64,000 bases of DNA from Bacteroidota bacterium. GTDB taxonomy: Bacteria > Bacteroidota > Bacteroidia > Chitinophagales > BACL12. The notes under the pieces were generated by a model that did no database searches, was not told the DNA's origin, and saw nothing but the letters and a program-made list of their open reading frames with translations. A program made the translations under genes and the position numbers. The stretch covers positions 961,233 through 1,025,232 of the forward strand of contig JADKEK010000001.1 of assembly GCA_016718035.1 (NCBI GenBank), read 5' to 3'. Below, in pieces: positions 20,162 to 29,581 of the stretch. Within the stretch, counting starts at the first letter, position 1. Every line of letters begins with the position of its first letter.

Positions 20162-20758
20162 GGCTCCGAGTTGTCGTGGAGTTTCCAACTCCAGACGCCA
20201 CCACGGTCTCCAGACCGATTGTGTGTTTGCTTCGAATGTTGGTGTTCGTCCTTTTTGTCGCAGACGCTGTTTTGAGTTAGCCGTACAATCGAAGCCATTT
20301 CATTATTTGTTTAATTGCATTTTTAATTTCCAATATTTACTCACGTCGTCGCAAGTCAGAGACTTTGCGACAACAGCAGCTTCGAATTTAAATTACTGCT
20401 AATCATTTTCTGGTTTCAACAAAACCTCAAGGCTCCGAGTTGTCGTGGAGTTTCCAACTCCAGACGCCACCCCGGTCTCCAGACCGATTGTGTGTTTGCT
20501 TCGAATGTTGGTGTTCGTCCTTTTTGTCGCAGACGCTGTTTTGAGTTAGCCGTACAATCGAAGCCATTTCATTATTTGTTTAATTGCATTTTTAATTTCC
20601 AATATTTACTCACGTCGTCGCAAGTCAGAGACTTTGCGACAACAGCAGCTTCGAATTTAAATTACTGCTAATCATTTTCTGGTTTCAACAAAACCTCAAG
20701 GCTACGAGTTGTCGTGGAGTTTCCAACTCCAGACGCCACTCCGGTCTCCAGACCGATT
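20162..20758. repeat. Tandem direct repeat, 269-bp unit, about 2.2 copies
   Basis: ggctccgagttgtcgtggagtttccaactccagacgccac... starts at 20162, 20431 and 20700 (ggctacgag in the third copy). The copies differ only at a few positions (ccaccacgg / ccaccccgg / ccactccgg). The third copy diverges after 20758. No ORF of 60 aa or more is present. Confidence 0.9.
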
Positions 20759-21075
20759 TCGAAAATGTAAAAATCAAGATATTAATGTATCAATGCAAAA
20801 TATCAGTCGTGGCGGAAACAGCCGGGTTTCAACCTAAGCAACAACTCAATTTTATTGGTTTTGATAAATTTTCGGCATAGCCCGGATAGTAGCGGAAACA
20901 AACAACTAATGTGCTGATGAGTTGATGTGCTTATGTGCAAATGAAACAGTCGACTTTAGGTATTAATGAAATGACCAGTTTGTTGCAGCGAATAGCCGGT
21001 GCGGATTGTTTTGGCGGAGCGGGATGGTGATGCTCCAAATTGCGATGATGTTAGGTTTAGCGTTGATGATTGGGC

Positions 21076-21106
21076 AATAAAAAAGGCTGCCTGTGCGACA
21101 GCCTTT
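21076..21106 (-). terminator. Rho-independent terminator after 21144..21743 (minus strand)
   Basis: On the minus strand: aaggctg tcgcacagg cagcctt followed by ttttta. Confidence 0.7.
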
Positions 21107-21143
21107 TGGTGTTATATATTTCATTTTTTTATGCGGTGGTGAC

Positions 21144-21743
21144 TTATAAAGTGACTACCAGACCTACCTGAATAGGGGTTTTGGCTATGCCGACTTCACC
21201 ATAAAGACCAATGTTTTCGGTGAGGTAAAAGCGGGCACCGATGGTGAAGTCCAGGCCGGTGTTTAATAAACCGCTCACGTCTAAAGGCTGATTGTCGGGG
21301 TCGCCACCGGAATAACTATAGTTGTTGTGACGATAACCTAAACCGATACCGGCATAAGGGTCAAACACTTCGCTATTCCCGAAATGGAAGTTGAAACGGG
21401 CTAAGATGCTATAGGCAGTGTATTTCACGGCGCCATCGTAAAACAAGGTGTCTATTTCTTTGTCCTGCGCTAAATAGGTGGATGTTCCGGATGCGTAGGC
21501 AAAATTGACACCAAAGCCAACTGTTTCGTTGATTTTATACTCGGCTTTTCCGTAAAAAGGGCCGTAATAGCTGGATGAAATCTTGTCGCCGTCCACAATA
21601 TTAAATATGGTTTTTGTGATGCTTGGAAAACCATAACCGGCTGAAATGGTGAAGGAACCCGGAGTATACTCCTGTGCTTTTGCTGTAAATGTGATAGTAA
21701 CCATAACTACCATAGCGAGCATTAATTGAAACATCTTTTTCAT
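21144..21743 (-). CDS. Small outer-membrane beta-barrel protein (OmpA-N/OmpW-like porin family)
   Basis: 199 aa with signal peptide (MVVMVTITFTAKAQ). It shows an alternating hydrophobic beta-strand pattern rich in Gly and Tyr. Confidence 0.7.
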   Translation of the reverse strand: MKKMFQLMLAMVVMVTITFTAKAQEYTPGSFTISAGYGFPSITKTIFNIVDGDKISSSYYGPFYGKAEYKINETVGFGVNFAYASGTSTYLAQDKEIDTLFYDGAVKYTAYSILARFNFHFGNSEVFDPYAGIGLGYRHNNYSYSGGDPDNQPLDVSGLLNTGLDFTIGARFYLTENIGLYGEVGIAKTPIQVGLVVTL

Positions 21744-22171
21744 AGCAGTAATTTTTTTTGCCTAACACATCCAATATCGCATGTGTTAGTCTGCATTAAC
21801 CAAGTGTTATGCCAAACCGCTCAACTGAAAACGACAGATGTGCTACATTTTGAAGGAAAAGGGCGGCTTTGCTTAAAAAAAAGTGAATTTATTTTGAATG
21901 CGGCGATTTGCCTGAAACTCAATGAAATTAAATAACCTGAATGGTAAGTATTTGCAATATTTGTTGCATTTATTATACCTATTTAGTCATTTTTTGCATT
22001 ATCAAAAATATTTTAAATATTTTTTTGCACATATCGTTTTTTATTAATTCCTAGTTTCTTTGGTGGATGGTTGTCCGGATTTTGTTTAAGCCTTTCTAAA
22101 ACAACGATTATTTACAAAAAATGGCGTTTATGTGGTAAATATGTCTACCTTTACATAAATTAAAAAATACA

Positions 22172-22363
22172 ATGAATACAGGAACAGTAAAATTCTATAA
22201 TGAATCAAAAGGATTTGGTTTCATTAAAGATGAATCAACACAAAAAGAATATTTCGTACATGCCTCAGGCCTGATCGATAAAATTCGCGAAAACGACAAT
22301 GTTGTTTATGACCTTCAGGAAGGCAAAAAAGGATTGAATGCAGTGAACGTAAAACTTGCGTAA
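22172..22363 (+). CDS. Cold-shock protein (CspA family)
   Basis: 63 aa: MNTGTVKFYNESKGFGFIKDE...FVHASGL, carrying the canonical RNP1 (KGFGFI) and RNP2 (VFVH-like) motifs. Confidence 0.95.
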   Translation: MNTGTVKFYNESKGFGFIKDESTQKEYFVHASGLIDKIRENDNVVYDLQEGKKGLNAVNVKLA

Positions 22364-22385
22364 ATTATATCTGTAACATCATTAT

Positions 22386-22424
22386 CAAAAAAGGGAATCA
22401 GTTGAAAAACTGGTTCCCTTTTTG
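22386..22424. terminator. Bidirectional rho-independent terminator between convergent csp and glgB
   Basis: Stem gggaatcag (22393-22401) / ctggttccc (22410-22418), flanked by an A-run upstream and a T-run downstream. It therefore reads as stem plus U-tract on both strands. Confidence 0.7.
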
Positions 22425-22427
22425 CTT

Positions 22428-24392
22428 TTAAGGCTTGCTGCGTCTGAGTTTTAGCACAGGTTTCAGCACAATAAGTGAGAGCGGTGGAATGGTGATTTTC
22501 AGACTATGTTTTTTCACCGTTGTAGTATTACCGTCTTCGTCGGTAATTGTTTCTTCGTTAGTATCCGGTTTCAGCAGTCCTGTGTTGAGCAACCCTGAAC
22601 CATAATATTTTTCTGCATCGCTGCTCAGTAATTCTACATAATGGTTCCTTTGAAAAACAGGAACGGTAAAGTCGATATGTGTTTGCTGGTCGAAATTGCC
22701 CACAATCACCAAATGGTCGTTGGCATTTTTGCCCTGGCGCTTCCAAACTAATATACAATCGTCGCGATGGTTGAGGTCTATCCACTCAAAACCTTCTTGA
22801 TTGTAATCGTTTTCGTGCATACTTTTTTCACCGGTGTATAGGTGGTTAAGGTCCTTTACAAACTGTTGTAAACCTTTATGAGGTGTATGTTCCAACAAAT
22901 GCCAGTCGAGGCTTTGGTCGTGGTTCCATTCTTTGGTTTGACCAAATTCGCCGCCCATAAATATGAGTTTTGGGAATGAATGGGTGAACATATACCCATA
23001 CATCAATCGCAAATTGGCGAACTTAAACCATTCGTCGCCGGGCATTTTGTTGATGAGGGAGGACTTACCATGCACCACCTCGTCGTGAGAAAGGCTCAAC
23101 ACAAAATTTTCACTAAACGCATACCACATGCTAAAAGTGAGTTTATCCTGATGGTATTTACGATAAAATGGTTCTTCTTTAAAGTAATTGAGGGTGTCGT
23201 GCATCCAGCCCATCATCCACTTCATACCACAGCCCAAGCCACCGTCGTATGTGGGTTTCGACACTTTTGGCCAACTGGTCGATTCCTCGGCAATAGTAAG
23301 TGTAGAAGGGATTTCGGTGTATAACCGTTCGTTGAGTTCCTTTAAAAACTGGATGGCTTCGAGGTTTTCGTTGCCCCCATAAATATTGGGCAGCCACTCT
23401 CCTTCTTTACGCGAATAATCGAGGTATAACATACTGGCCACGGCATCAACCCTCAAACCATCAATATGAAAACATTCGAGCCAATAGAGTGCACTGCTGA
23501 TTAAAAAGCTTTTGACTTCGAATCGACCGTAATTAAAAATATAACTGTTCCAGTCGGGATGAAACCCTTTGCGTTTGTCTTCGTGCTCATACAGGTGTGT
23601 GCCGTCGAAAAATATCAATCCATGGCCATCATCAGGGAAATGCGATGGCACCCAATCGAGCAACACGCCGATATGTTCTTTGTGAAAACATTCAATGAGA
23701 TACATGAGGTCCTGAGGTGTTCCATAACGGCTGGTAGGTGCAAAATAACCGGTTGTTTGATATCCCCATGAACCGTAAAAAGGGTGTTCGCTTACCGGCA
23801 TCAGTTCCACATGGGTGAAGCCCATTTCCTTTACATATGGCACTAAGGTTTCGGCCAGCTCACGGTAGCTTAAAAAGCCTTCGGGATTATCTGGTTGTCG
23901 TCCCCAGGATCCCAAATGTACTTCATAGGTGCTCATGGGTTTGTTAAATCCAAAGGGTTTGCGCTTTACCATCCACACGTTGTCGTTCCAGGTGTAGCTG
24001 TTATCCCAAATTACTGAAGCAGTCCCTGGAGCCGGCTCTGAGCGTCGTGCATAGGGGTCGGCTTTTTCGTAAATTTCGTTATTGGCACCTAAGATGATAA
24101 ACTTATATAAATCGCCGGGAAGAGCGGTTGTTACAACACCTTCCCAAATACCGGAGCCATCGTCGCGGACTTTTAGTATCAGTTGCTGTTTGTCCCAATT
24201 ATTAAATGTGCCGCTTATATGCACCGTTTTGGCATTCGGAGCCCAAACAGCAAAATAAACACCGCTATGTGCAGGTTCATCTAATACAAATGCACCAAAT
24301 TTTTCCCATAGCTTAAAATGTTTGCCTTCGCGGAATAGATGAATATCATAGTCGGTAAATTTCGAATAGTCGTATTTAAGCGTGGACTCCAT
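22428..24392 (-). CDS. glgB: 1,4-alpha-glucan branching enzyme
   Basis: 654 aa with GH13 conserved regions (DWVPSHF, GLRVDAVASMLY, IAEESTSWP, LSHDEVVHGK) and an N-terminal CBM48-like segment. Confidence 0.92.
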   Translation of the reverse strand: MESTLKYDYSKFTDYDIHLFREGKHFKLWEKFGAFVLDEPAHSGVYFAVWAPNAKTVHISGTFNNWDKQQLILKVRDDGSGIWEGVVTTALPGDLYKFIILGANNEIYEKADPYARRSEPAPGTASVIWDNSYTWNDNVWMVKRKPFGFNKPMSTYEVHLGSWGRQPDNPEGFLSYRELAETLVPYVKEMGFTHVELMPVSEHPFYGSWGYQTTGYFAPTSRYGTPQDLMYLIECFHKEHIGVLLDWVPSHFPDDGHGLIFFDGTHLYEHEDKRKGFHPDWNSYIFNYGRFEVKSFLISSALYWLECFHIDGLRVDAVASMLYLDYSRKEGEWLPNIYGGNENLEAIQFLKELNERLYTEIPSTLTIAEESTSWPKVSKPTYDGGLGCGMKWMMGWMHDTLNYFKEEPFYRKYHQDKLTFSMWYAFSENFVLSLSHDEVVHGKSSLINKMPGDEWFKFANLRLMYGYMFTHSFPKLIFMGGEFGQTKEWNHDQSLDWHLLEHTPHKGLQQFVKDLNHLYTGEKSMHENDYNQEGFEWIDLNHRDDCILVWKRQGKNANDHLVIVGNFDQQTHIDFTVPVFQRNHYVELLSSDAEKYYGSGLLNTGLLKPDTNEETITDEDGNTTTVKKHSLKITIPPLSLIVLKPVLKLRRSKP

Positions 24393-24573
24393 ACTGCAAA
24401 TTTAGTTAGGGATATGATTTATAATGAACCTATAGAGATAAATTCATCAACATAACAAAGTGAAGATCACCTGGCCGGTAATTTGTGACATTTAATTGTA
24501 CCAGTATGGATACCAAATTGGGGTTAAAATGCGTATTTATGTTTAACATTGCAACATAGGTAAATCACCCAAC

Positions 24574-27500
24574 ATGGTTAAAAAAATTAGTATCCTCATT
24601 CTGGTTCTGCTTGCTTACAGCGGCGTTCGTGCACAATCAAATTCTTTACTCTATGAAATCAGCGGTAACGGTTTAATAGCGCCTTCCTATATCTACGGCA
24701 CCATGCATGTAAGCGATAGAATTGCTTTTCATTTAACCGATAGTTTTTTTATTGCTTTAAAAAGTGCGGATGTAATTGCATTGGAAAGTAATCCGGAAAC
24801 ATGGATAGAAAATGATTTTGGCAATCCGGATAAATCGCCGACCAACAATTACGAATACGATGAAATGGATTATGCATACGGGTATAACCAGTCTGATTTT
24901 TACACAACAGCTACTAAAATCGAATTTCCGGATGCCAATATGTATGCGGGTATGTTTGTTGATTACAGTTGGTTGATTAACGGATATTTATATCGTTACG
25001 ATGCACAACGTACAGATTATGAAGAGGAAACCTATCTTGATTTATTTATTTTCCAGTGTGGTAAAAAATTATCTAAAGAAGTGGCAGCACTTGAGGGAGA
25101 GCAAGAAGTATTAAAACTTTTGCAAAAAGCATATGAACCTTCCAAAGATGAGGATGAAGAAAAAAAGTATATAGAAAAAAAGCGGATGCAAGAAGCGTTT
25201 AAAGAAGATGGTATTAGTATCAGTGAACAAATAGATCAGGCATATCGCGATGGTGACTTAGACAAATTAGATTCGCTGGAACGTGTAACATCTCCTTCTT
25301 CGCAATTTCATAAATATTTTATTGAAGAACGCAATGTGAATATGGTGAACCGCCTGGACTCAATTTTACGCAGTGGTAAGGTGGTGTTTACCGGCATTGG
25401 TGCAGCGCATTTACCGGGACAACGCGGAGCGTTAACCTTATTGCGAGAAATGGGTTATACCGTTAAACCGGTTAAGGGAAAAACTACAAATAAAAGTGCT
25501 AAAGAAAAAAACAAAATTGATGGCATACATTATGCGCATACACCAAAATTGCAAACTGCAACTGACAGTTTATTTACAGTGTCAACACCCGGGAAATTAT
25601 ATCCATTGACATGGAATACGATTAACCAATATTATTTATATCCTGACATGTCGAATAGCGCATATTATAGCGTAATGCGAATAGCACATAAAGGTGATAT
25701 TAAACAACAATCGCAACAAGATATTTTAAATGATATTGATAAATTATTATTTGAGAATATTCCGGGCGATATCACTAATAAAACACCTATTTCGTTGCCA
25801 AATGGTTATATTGGTTACGACATAACCAGCAAAACAAAACGCGGCAATTATATGCGTTTAAAATTATATGTAACACCGCTGGAAACTATTGTATTTAAAG
25901 CTTCAGGTATTGGTGATTTTGTTATAAAATCGAAAGAAATGCAAACATTTTTTTCGAGTATCAATTTCAAAAAAAACGATGCCAATGCGTGGTCAACCTT
26001 TCAGCCAAAATGGGGACTATTTAGTGTAAGTGCTCCGGACCTGCGCATTAGCACAGAGGTAGGTGAATATTCGAGCATTGAAGACGAACAAAGTATTGTT
26101 GAATTGCAGGCAAGAGATAACAATGGCTTTTACTATTTAAAAGGTTATTATTTAAATGAGACCAGCAATTTTGAAGAAGACAGTTTTGAGTTGGTTCAAC
26201 TCTCAGATATGTTTACTGAACAATTTAAAAAAAGTAATTATACACTGGTTGCAGATAAATTTAGCAATCAAAATGGCTATCCATCATATACCAGAACATC
26301 AAAAAGTAATGATAATTATGTACACACCAAAGTAATAATTAATGGACCTTATTATTTCCTGCTGGCAGCATTTACCCGACAAGCCAATGCCCCTGAAAAG
26401 TTTATGAATAGTTTTCAGCTATCTCAATTCAATTATATTAAACCTTTTGAATTTTATGTAGATACAGCATTAGATTTTACAGTAAAAACTATAGTGCCAA
26501 AGGTGGATACACTGCTTACGATTGATGAAATAAGTTATGGCAATTATTACCCTTACACCTATGATGAGGAAGAAGAAAAGGAGGATATTAGTTTCATATC
26601 TAAAAGTAAAGTAATGTTATTTTCTTCGGAAGCAACTCCGGAAAATATTTTAGTGCGTTTTCATAAATACAATAAATTTTATGCCCAGGATGATTCGAAA
26701 AAATTTTGGTCAAGTTTTGATAGTGTATACGCGAAATATAACAACTATCATATAAGCAGACAGAAATTTGTAGAACGCGATAGTTTGCAGGAGTTATCGT
26801 TTTATATTACAGATACCAACAGCACCAGGGCTATTTACCGCAAGTTTATTTTAAAGGCAGACGTATTGTTTTCATTAGTTACCACTATAGACACATTAAA
26901 AGGGCCGTCTTTATTTGTCGATACATTTTTTAACACATTTGCACCTGGTGATAGTATAAAAGGACGCAGCATATTTACCTCTACAACAGATATGTTTTTT
27001 GAACAGCTGAACAGTGAAGATAGCGTATTGCGCAAGCAGGCAATAAATTCATTGATTACGATGAGTTTAAAAAATACAGATGCAGCTGACTTGATGCAAT
27101 TCATTCAATCTCCACGGTTTAAAACATTGAAGGCGGATGACAGGGCTACCTTTATTTATCAATTAGGGGCATTAAAACATCCTGACATAGTCCCTTTTCT
27201 TAAATCAATATATTTAGCAGCCGGAGATACGTCCATGTACCAGTTGGCTGCTTTACGCACACTGTCGAGCCAACAATCAGATACCGCATTAGCTGCATTC
27301 ATGGAATTATTATACATTGAAACGCCATTAGCTAAAGAAGGCGTAACGCTAGATTATTTGTTTTACCATTTTGAAGACACTATCGAATTGTCAACAAAAT
27401 TATTTCCGGCATTATTGGATTTCATTTCTTTCCCTGAATATAAAACAGGTATTTATAATCTTTTATCGACTATAAGTGCAAACGATAACATTACAGCAAA

Positions 27501-28449
27501 GCCACATAGTGTACTCAAAAAACAAATTCTAACTGAAGCAACTGCTGAATACAAGCGAAATATGGTAACTATAGATGAGGACGATTATTCATCAAGTTAT
27601 CGTGACTATCAGAATAAATATTATTTCCCATCATTGAGTAGTATGGTTGGAGGACGCACCTTTAATTATTTTGAAAATTATACGGGGCCAGATGAATTTG
27701 AAAATTATACCAGTTATGGATATGACTATGGATATAGTTATGAAGATTATGATGTTTCGGATTATTTTGATTATGACAATTTGTATAGAGAGGCGGATTC
27801 CTTGAATAAATTTCCATGGGCGCATACATTACAAGATTATTATAGTATTCTATTAACTACATTTTATGATGACCCTGCAGTAAAAAAATATTTTGACAAA
27901 ATTTTACAAAGTAAAGATGAGGAGCTGATTTATACCACTGCATTAACCTTGCAAACTGCCAACAAACCGGTTCCTGATTCGGTTTGGTTGAACTTGCAAA
28001 AAAGCAGAGAATGGCGGTATATTATCATGAAAAAGCTGACAGAATTTAAAAAATCTGAATTAATAGATAGCAGTTTTACCAATCAACTGAGTATCACAGA
28101 GGCGTGTTTATATCAATATGACTTTACCGATGACGAGGATAGCATACAATTTATTGAACGCAGAGAAGTTGACGGTGTTATAGGAAAAGGATACATCTAT
28201 TTTTATAAAAGTAAATTGGATGATGATAAAACCTGGCACTTAGACTGTATTGGTTTGCAGCCATTAACCGATGGAGAGTACACACTTGAACCTGAATTTG
28301 TATATTTTGGCAAAATTATTCTCGATGAGGAACAAATGCAGGAACAAATAACTGAAATTATTGATACTTATCATTTGATTGGCCGGACAAGGGTGAGCAC
28401 TACTTTATCGGATGACCTTTATGGATACGATTATGACTATGATTATTAA
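24574..28449 (+). CDS. Large secreted protein with N-terminal TraB/GumN-family domain and HEAT-like C-terminal region
   Basis: 1291 aa with a signal peptide. YEISGNGLIAPSYIYGTMHV and GAAHLPG are typical of TraB/GumN. Residues around 830-900 look HEAT-like (RKQAINSLI...ALKHPDIVPFL...AALRTL). Tyr/Asp-rich low-complexity segments lie near the C-terminus. Confidence 0.7.
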   Translation: MVKKISILILVLLAYSGVRAQSNSLLYEISGNGLIAPSYIYGTMHVSDRIAFHLTDSFFIALKSADVIALESNPETWIENDFGNPDKSPTNNYEYDEMDYAYGYNQSDFYTTATKIEFPDANMYAGMFVDYSWLINGYLYRYDAQRTDYEEETYLDLFIFQCGKKLSKEVAALEGEQEVLKLLQKAYEPSKDEDEEKKYIEKKRMQEAFKEDGISISEQIDQAYRDGDLDKLDSLERVTSPSSQFHKYFIEERNVNMVNRLDSILRSGKVVFTGIGAAHLPGQRGALTLLREMGYTVKPVKGKTTNKSAKEKNKIDGIHYAHTPKLQTATDSLFTVSTPGKLYPLTWNTINQYYLYPDMSNSAYYSVMRIAHKGDIKQQSQQDILNDIDKLLFENIPGDITNKTPISLPNGYIGYDITSKTKRGNYMRLKLYVTPLETIVFKASGIGDFVIKSKEMQTFFSSINFKKNDANAWSTFQPKWGLFSVSAPDLRISTEVGEYSSIEDEQSIVELQARDNNGFYYLKGYYLNETSNFEEDSFELVQLSDMFTEQFKKSNYTLVADKFSNQNGYPSYTRTSKSNDNYVHTKVIINGPYYFLLAAFTRQANAPEKFMNSFQLSQFNYIKPFEFYVDTALDFTVKTIVPKVDTLLTIDEISYGNYYPYTYDEEEEKEDISFISKSKVMLFSSEATPENILVRFHKYNKFYAQDDSKKFWSSFDSVYAKYNNYHISRQKFVERDSLQELSFYITDTNSTRAIYRKFILKADVLFSLVTTIDTLKGPSLFVDTFFNTFAPGDSIKGRSIFTSTTDMFFEQLNSEDSVLRKQAINSLITMSLKNTDAADLMQFIQSPRFKTLKADDRATFIYQLGALKHPDIVPFLKSIYLAAGDTSMYQLAALRTLSSQQSDTALAAFMELLYIETPLAKEGVTLDYLFYHFEDTIELSTKLFPALLDFISFPEYKTGIYNLLSTISANDNITAKPHSVLKKQILTEATAEYKRNMVTIDEDDYSSSYRDYQNKYYFPSLSSMVGGRTFNYFENYTGPDEFENYTSYGYDYGYSYEDYDVSDYFDYDNLYREADSLNKFPWAHTLQDYYSILLTTFYDDPAVKKYFDKILQSKDEELIYTTALTLQTANKPVPDSVWLNLQKSREWRYIIMKKLTEFKKSELIDSSFTNQLSITEACLYQYDFTDDEDSIQFIERREVDGVIGKGYIYFYKSKLDDDKTWHLDCIGLQPLTDGEYTLEPEFVYFGKIILDEEQMQEQITEIIDTYHLIGRTRVSTTLSDDLYGYDYDYDY

Positions 28450-28459
28450 TGGTAAGAGC

Positions 28460-29305
28460 ATGAATAAAATAAAGTATCTCTTTTGTTTTTTGCCATTACT
28501 TTTTGTGTTTTGCTTTTCATTTGGTCAGACACCATATCCGGGAGCACAAAATGACCGGGATAGTTTACGATATAATGTATCGTGGAAACGCGAATTGGCT
28601 ATTATTACTCCTGCGGTAATATTAGTCACAACAGATTTATTTCTCCCCCCTCCTACTTTAGGTGTTGAGGATTTAGCGGGTTTGGATATTAATGATATTC
28701 CGGCATTTGAACGCGATATTATTTATTTCGACAGTGCGCAGGCTGCGGTTGCGGAAATTTGGAGTGATGGCATTAATGCGCTTTCATTTGGGGCATGTGC
28801 AGCTGCAATTTTTTCATCGTATAAGGAAGAGAGGCAGGTTTTTAAAAATGCCATTGTTTATGCAGAAGGTGCTGTGTTGACCTATGGTGTTACTGAGGTA
28901 TTAAAAAGCGCAATTGGCAGGAATAGGCCGTATACTTATAATGATAATTACAGCGCGGATTACCGTTTGCGTAAAGATCCAACAAGTTCGTTTCCAAGTG
29001 GACATACTTCTTCTACTGCTTACAATTGTTTTTTTGCGGCTTCGTTAATTGATTACTATTATATTGCTAATGATGCTAAGTGGTTAAAGATTATTAACTG
29101 GGGAACTGCTGCAACAATTCCAATAATTACCGGTTATTTGCGGACGGAAGCAGGGAAACATTTTTACACTGATGTTGCGGGAGGATATATTATTGGTGCT
29201 GCAATAGGATTGGGGGTGCCGATGTTACATAAATATAATAATCTACATATTAGTACGGGGAATGTTGATGAGGTTAAGGTGGTGAATCTTGTGGTGAATT
29301 TTTAA
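28460..29305 (+). CDS. PAP2-family phosphatase (membrane)
   Basis: I chose the internal Met start (MNKIKYLFCFLPLLFVFCFSFGQ). The canonical PAP2 motifs are present: KSAIGRNRP, PSGH, RTEAGKHFYTD. Confidence 0.85.
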   Translation: MNKIKYLFCFLPLLFVFCFSFGQTPYPGAQNDRDSLRYNVSWKRELAIITPAVILVTTDLFLPPPTLGVEDLAGLDINDIPAFERDIIYFDSAQAAVAEIWSDGINALSFGACAAAIFSSYKEERQVFKNAIVYAEGAVLTYGVTEVLKSAIGRNRPYTYNDNYSADYRLRKDPTSSFPSGHTSSTAYNCFFAASLIDYYYIANDAKWLKIINWGTAATIPIITGYLRTEAGKHFYTDVAGGYIIGAAIGLGVPMLHKYNNLHISTGNVDEVKVVNLVVNF

Positions 29306-29337
29306 TGCCATTTGCTTTATAACATTTCATTTTGTTG

Positions 29338-29470
29338 AACAGCCGGAACCACGGAGGAAATGCAAAGGGAACAGCCCACGAAGCGCACAGAGTTGATTAT
29401 AATTAAAATATGGTTTGCATCGGACGGAGTCCTTGAACGATGTTGCAGAATCGAAAATTTTGCAGAGCAG
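29338..29470. repeat. Interspersed intergenic repeat, copy B (left part only)
   Basis: aacagccggaaccacggaggaaatgcaaagggaacagcccacgaagcgcacagagttgattataattaaaatatggtttgcatcggacggagtccttgaacgatgttgcagaatcgaaaattttgcagagcag. This is closely similar to copy C and homologous to copies A and D. The right inverted terminus is absent. Confidence 0.75.
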
Positions 29471-29480
29471 GTAGTTTAAC

Positions 29481-29521
29481 AAAAATAAATTTTGTGTCCT
29501 AATAACTATCAGGACACAAAA
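29481..29521 (-). terminator. Rho-independent terminator after the 29582..30783 gene (minus strand)
   Basis: An 11-bp perfect stem, ttttgtgtcct / aggacacaaaa. On the minus strand it is followed by tttattttt. Confidence 0.7.
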
Positions 29522-29581
29522 TTCAATTGATAAACCAAAATACAATACTTTATTTTTGGTAATCTATATGCAATTATTAAT

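Noticed and set aside
20162-20230. tRNA or other known small RNA in the hairpin-rich start of the 269-bp unit
   Set aside because: I could not fit a cloverleaf with conserved T-loop and D-loop features, or any SRP/6S/RNase P signature. This is left as unknown rather than called.
20162-20758. CRISPR array
   Set aside because: The repeat units are 269 bp, directly abutting with no unique spacers. No cas genes are in the window.
22100-22171. Bacteroidota-type promoter (TAnnTTTG) upstream of the cold-shock gene
   Set aside because: Only an imperfect match (tacctttac near 22144-22152) was found, which is not enough to call a promoter without transcript data.
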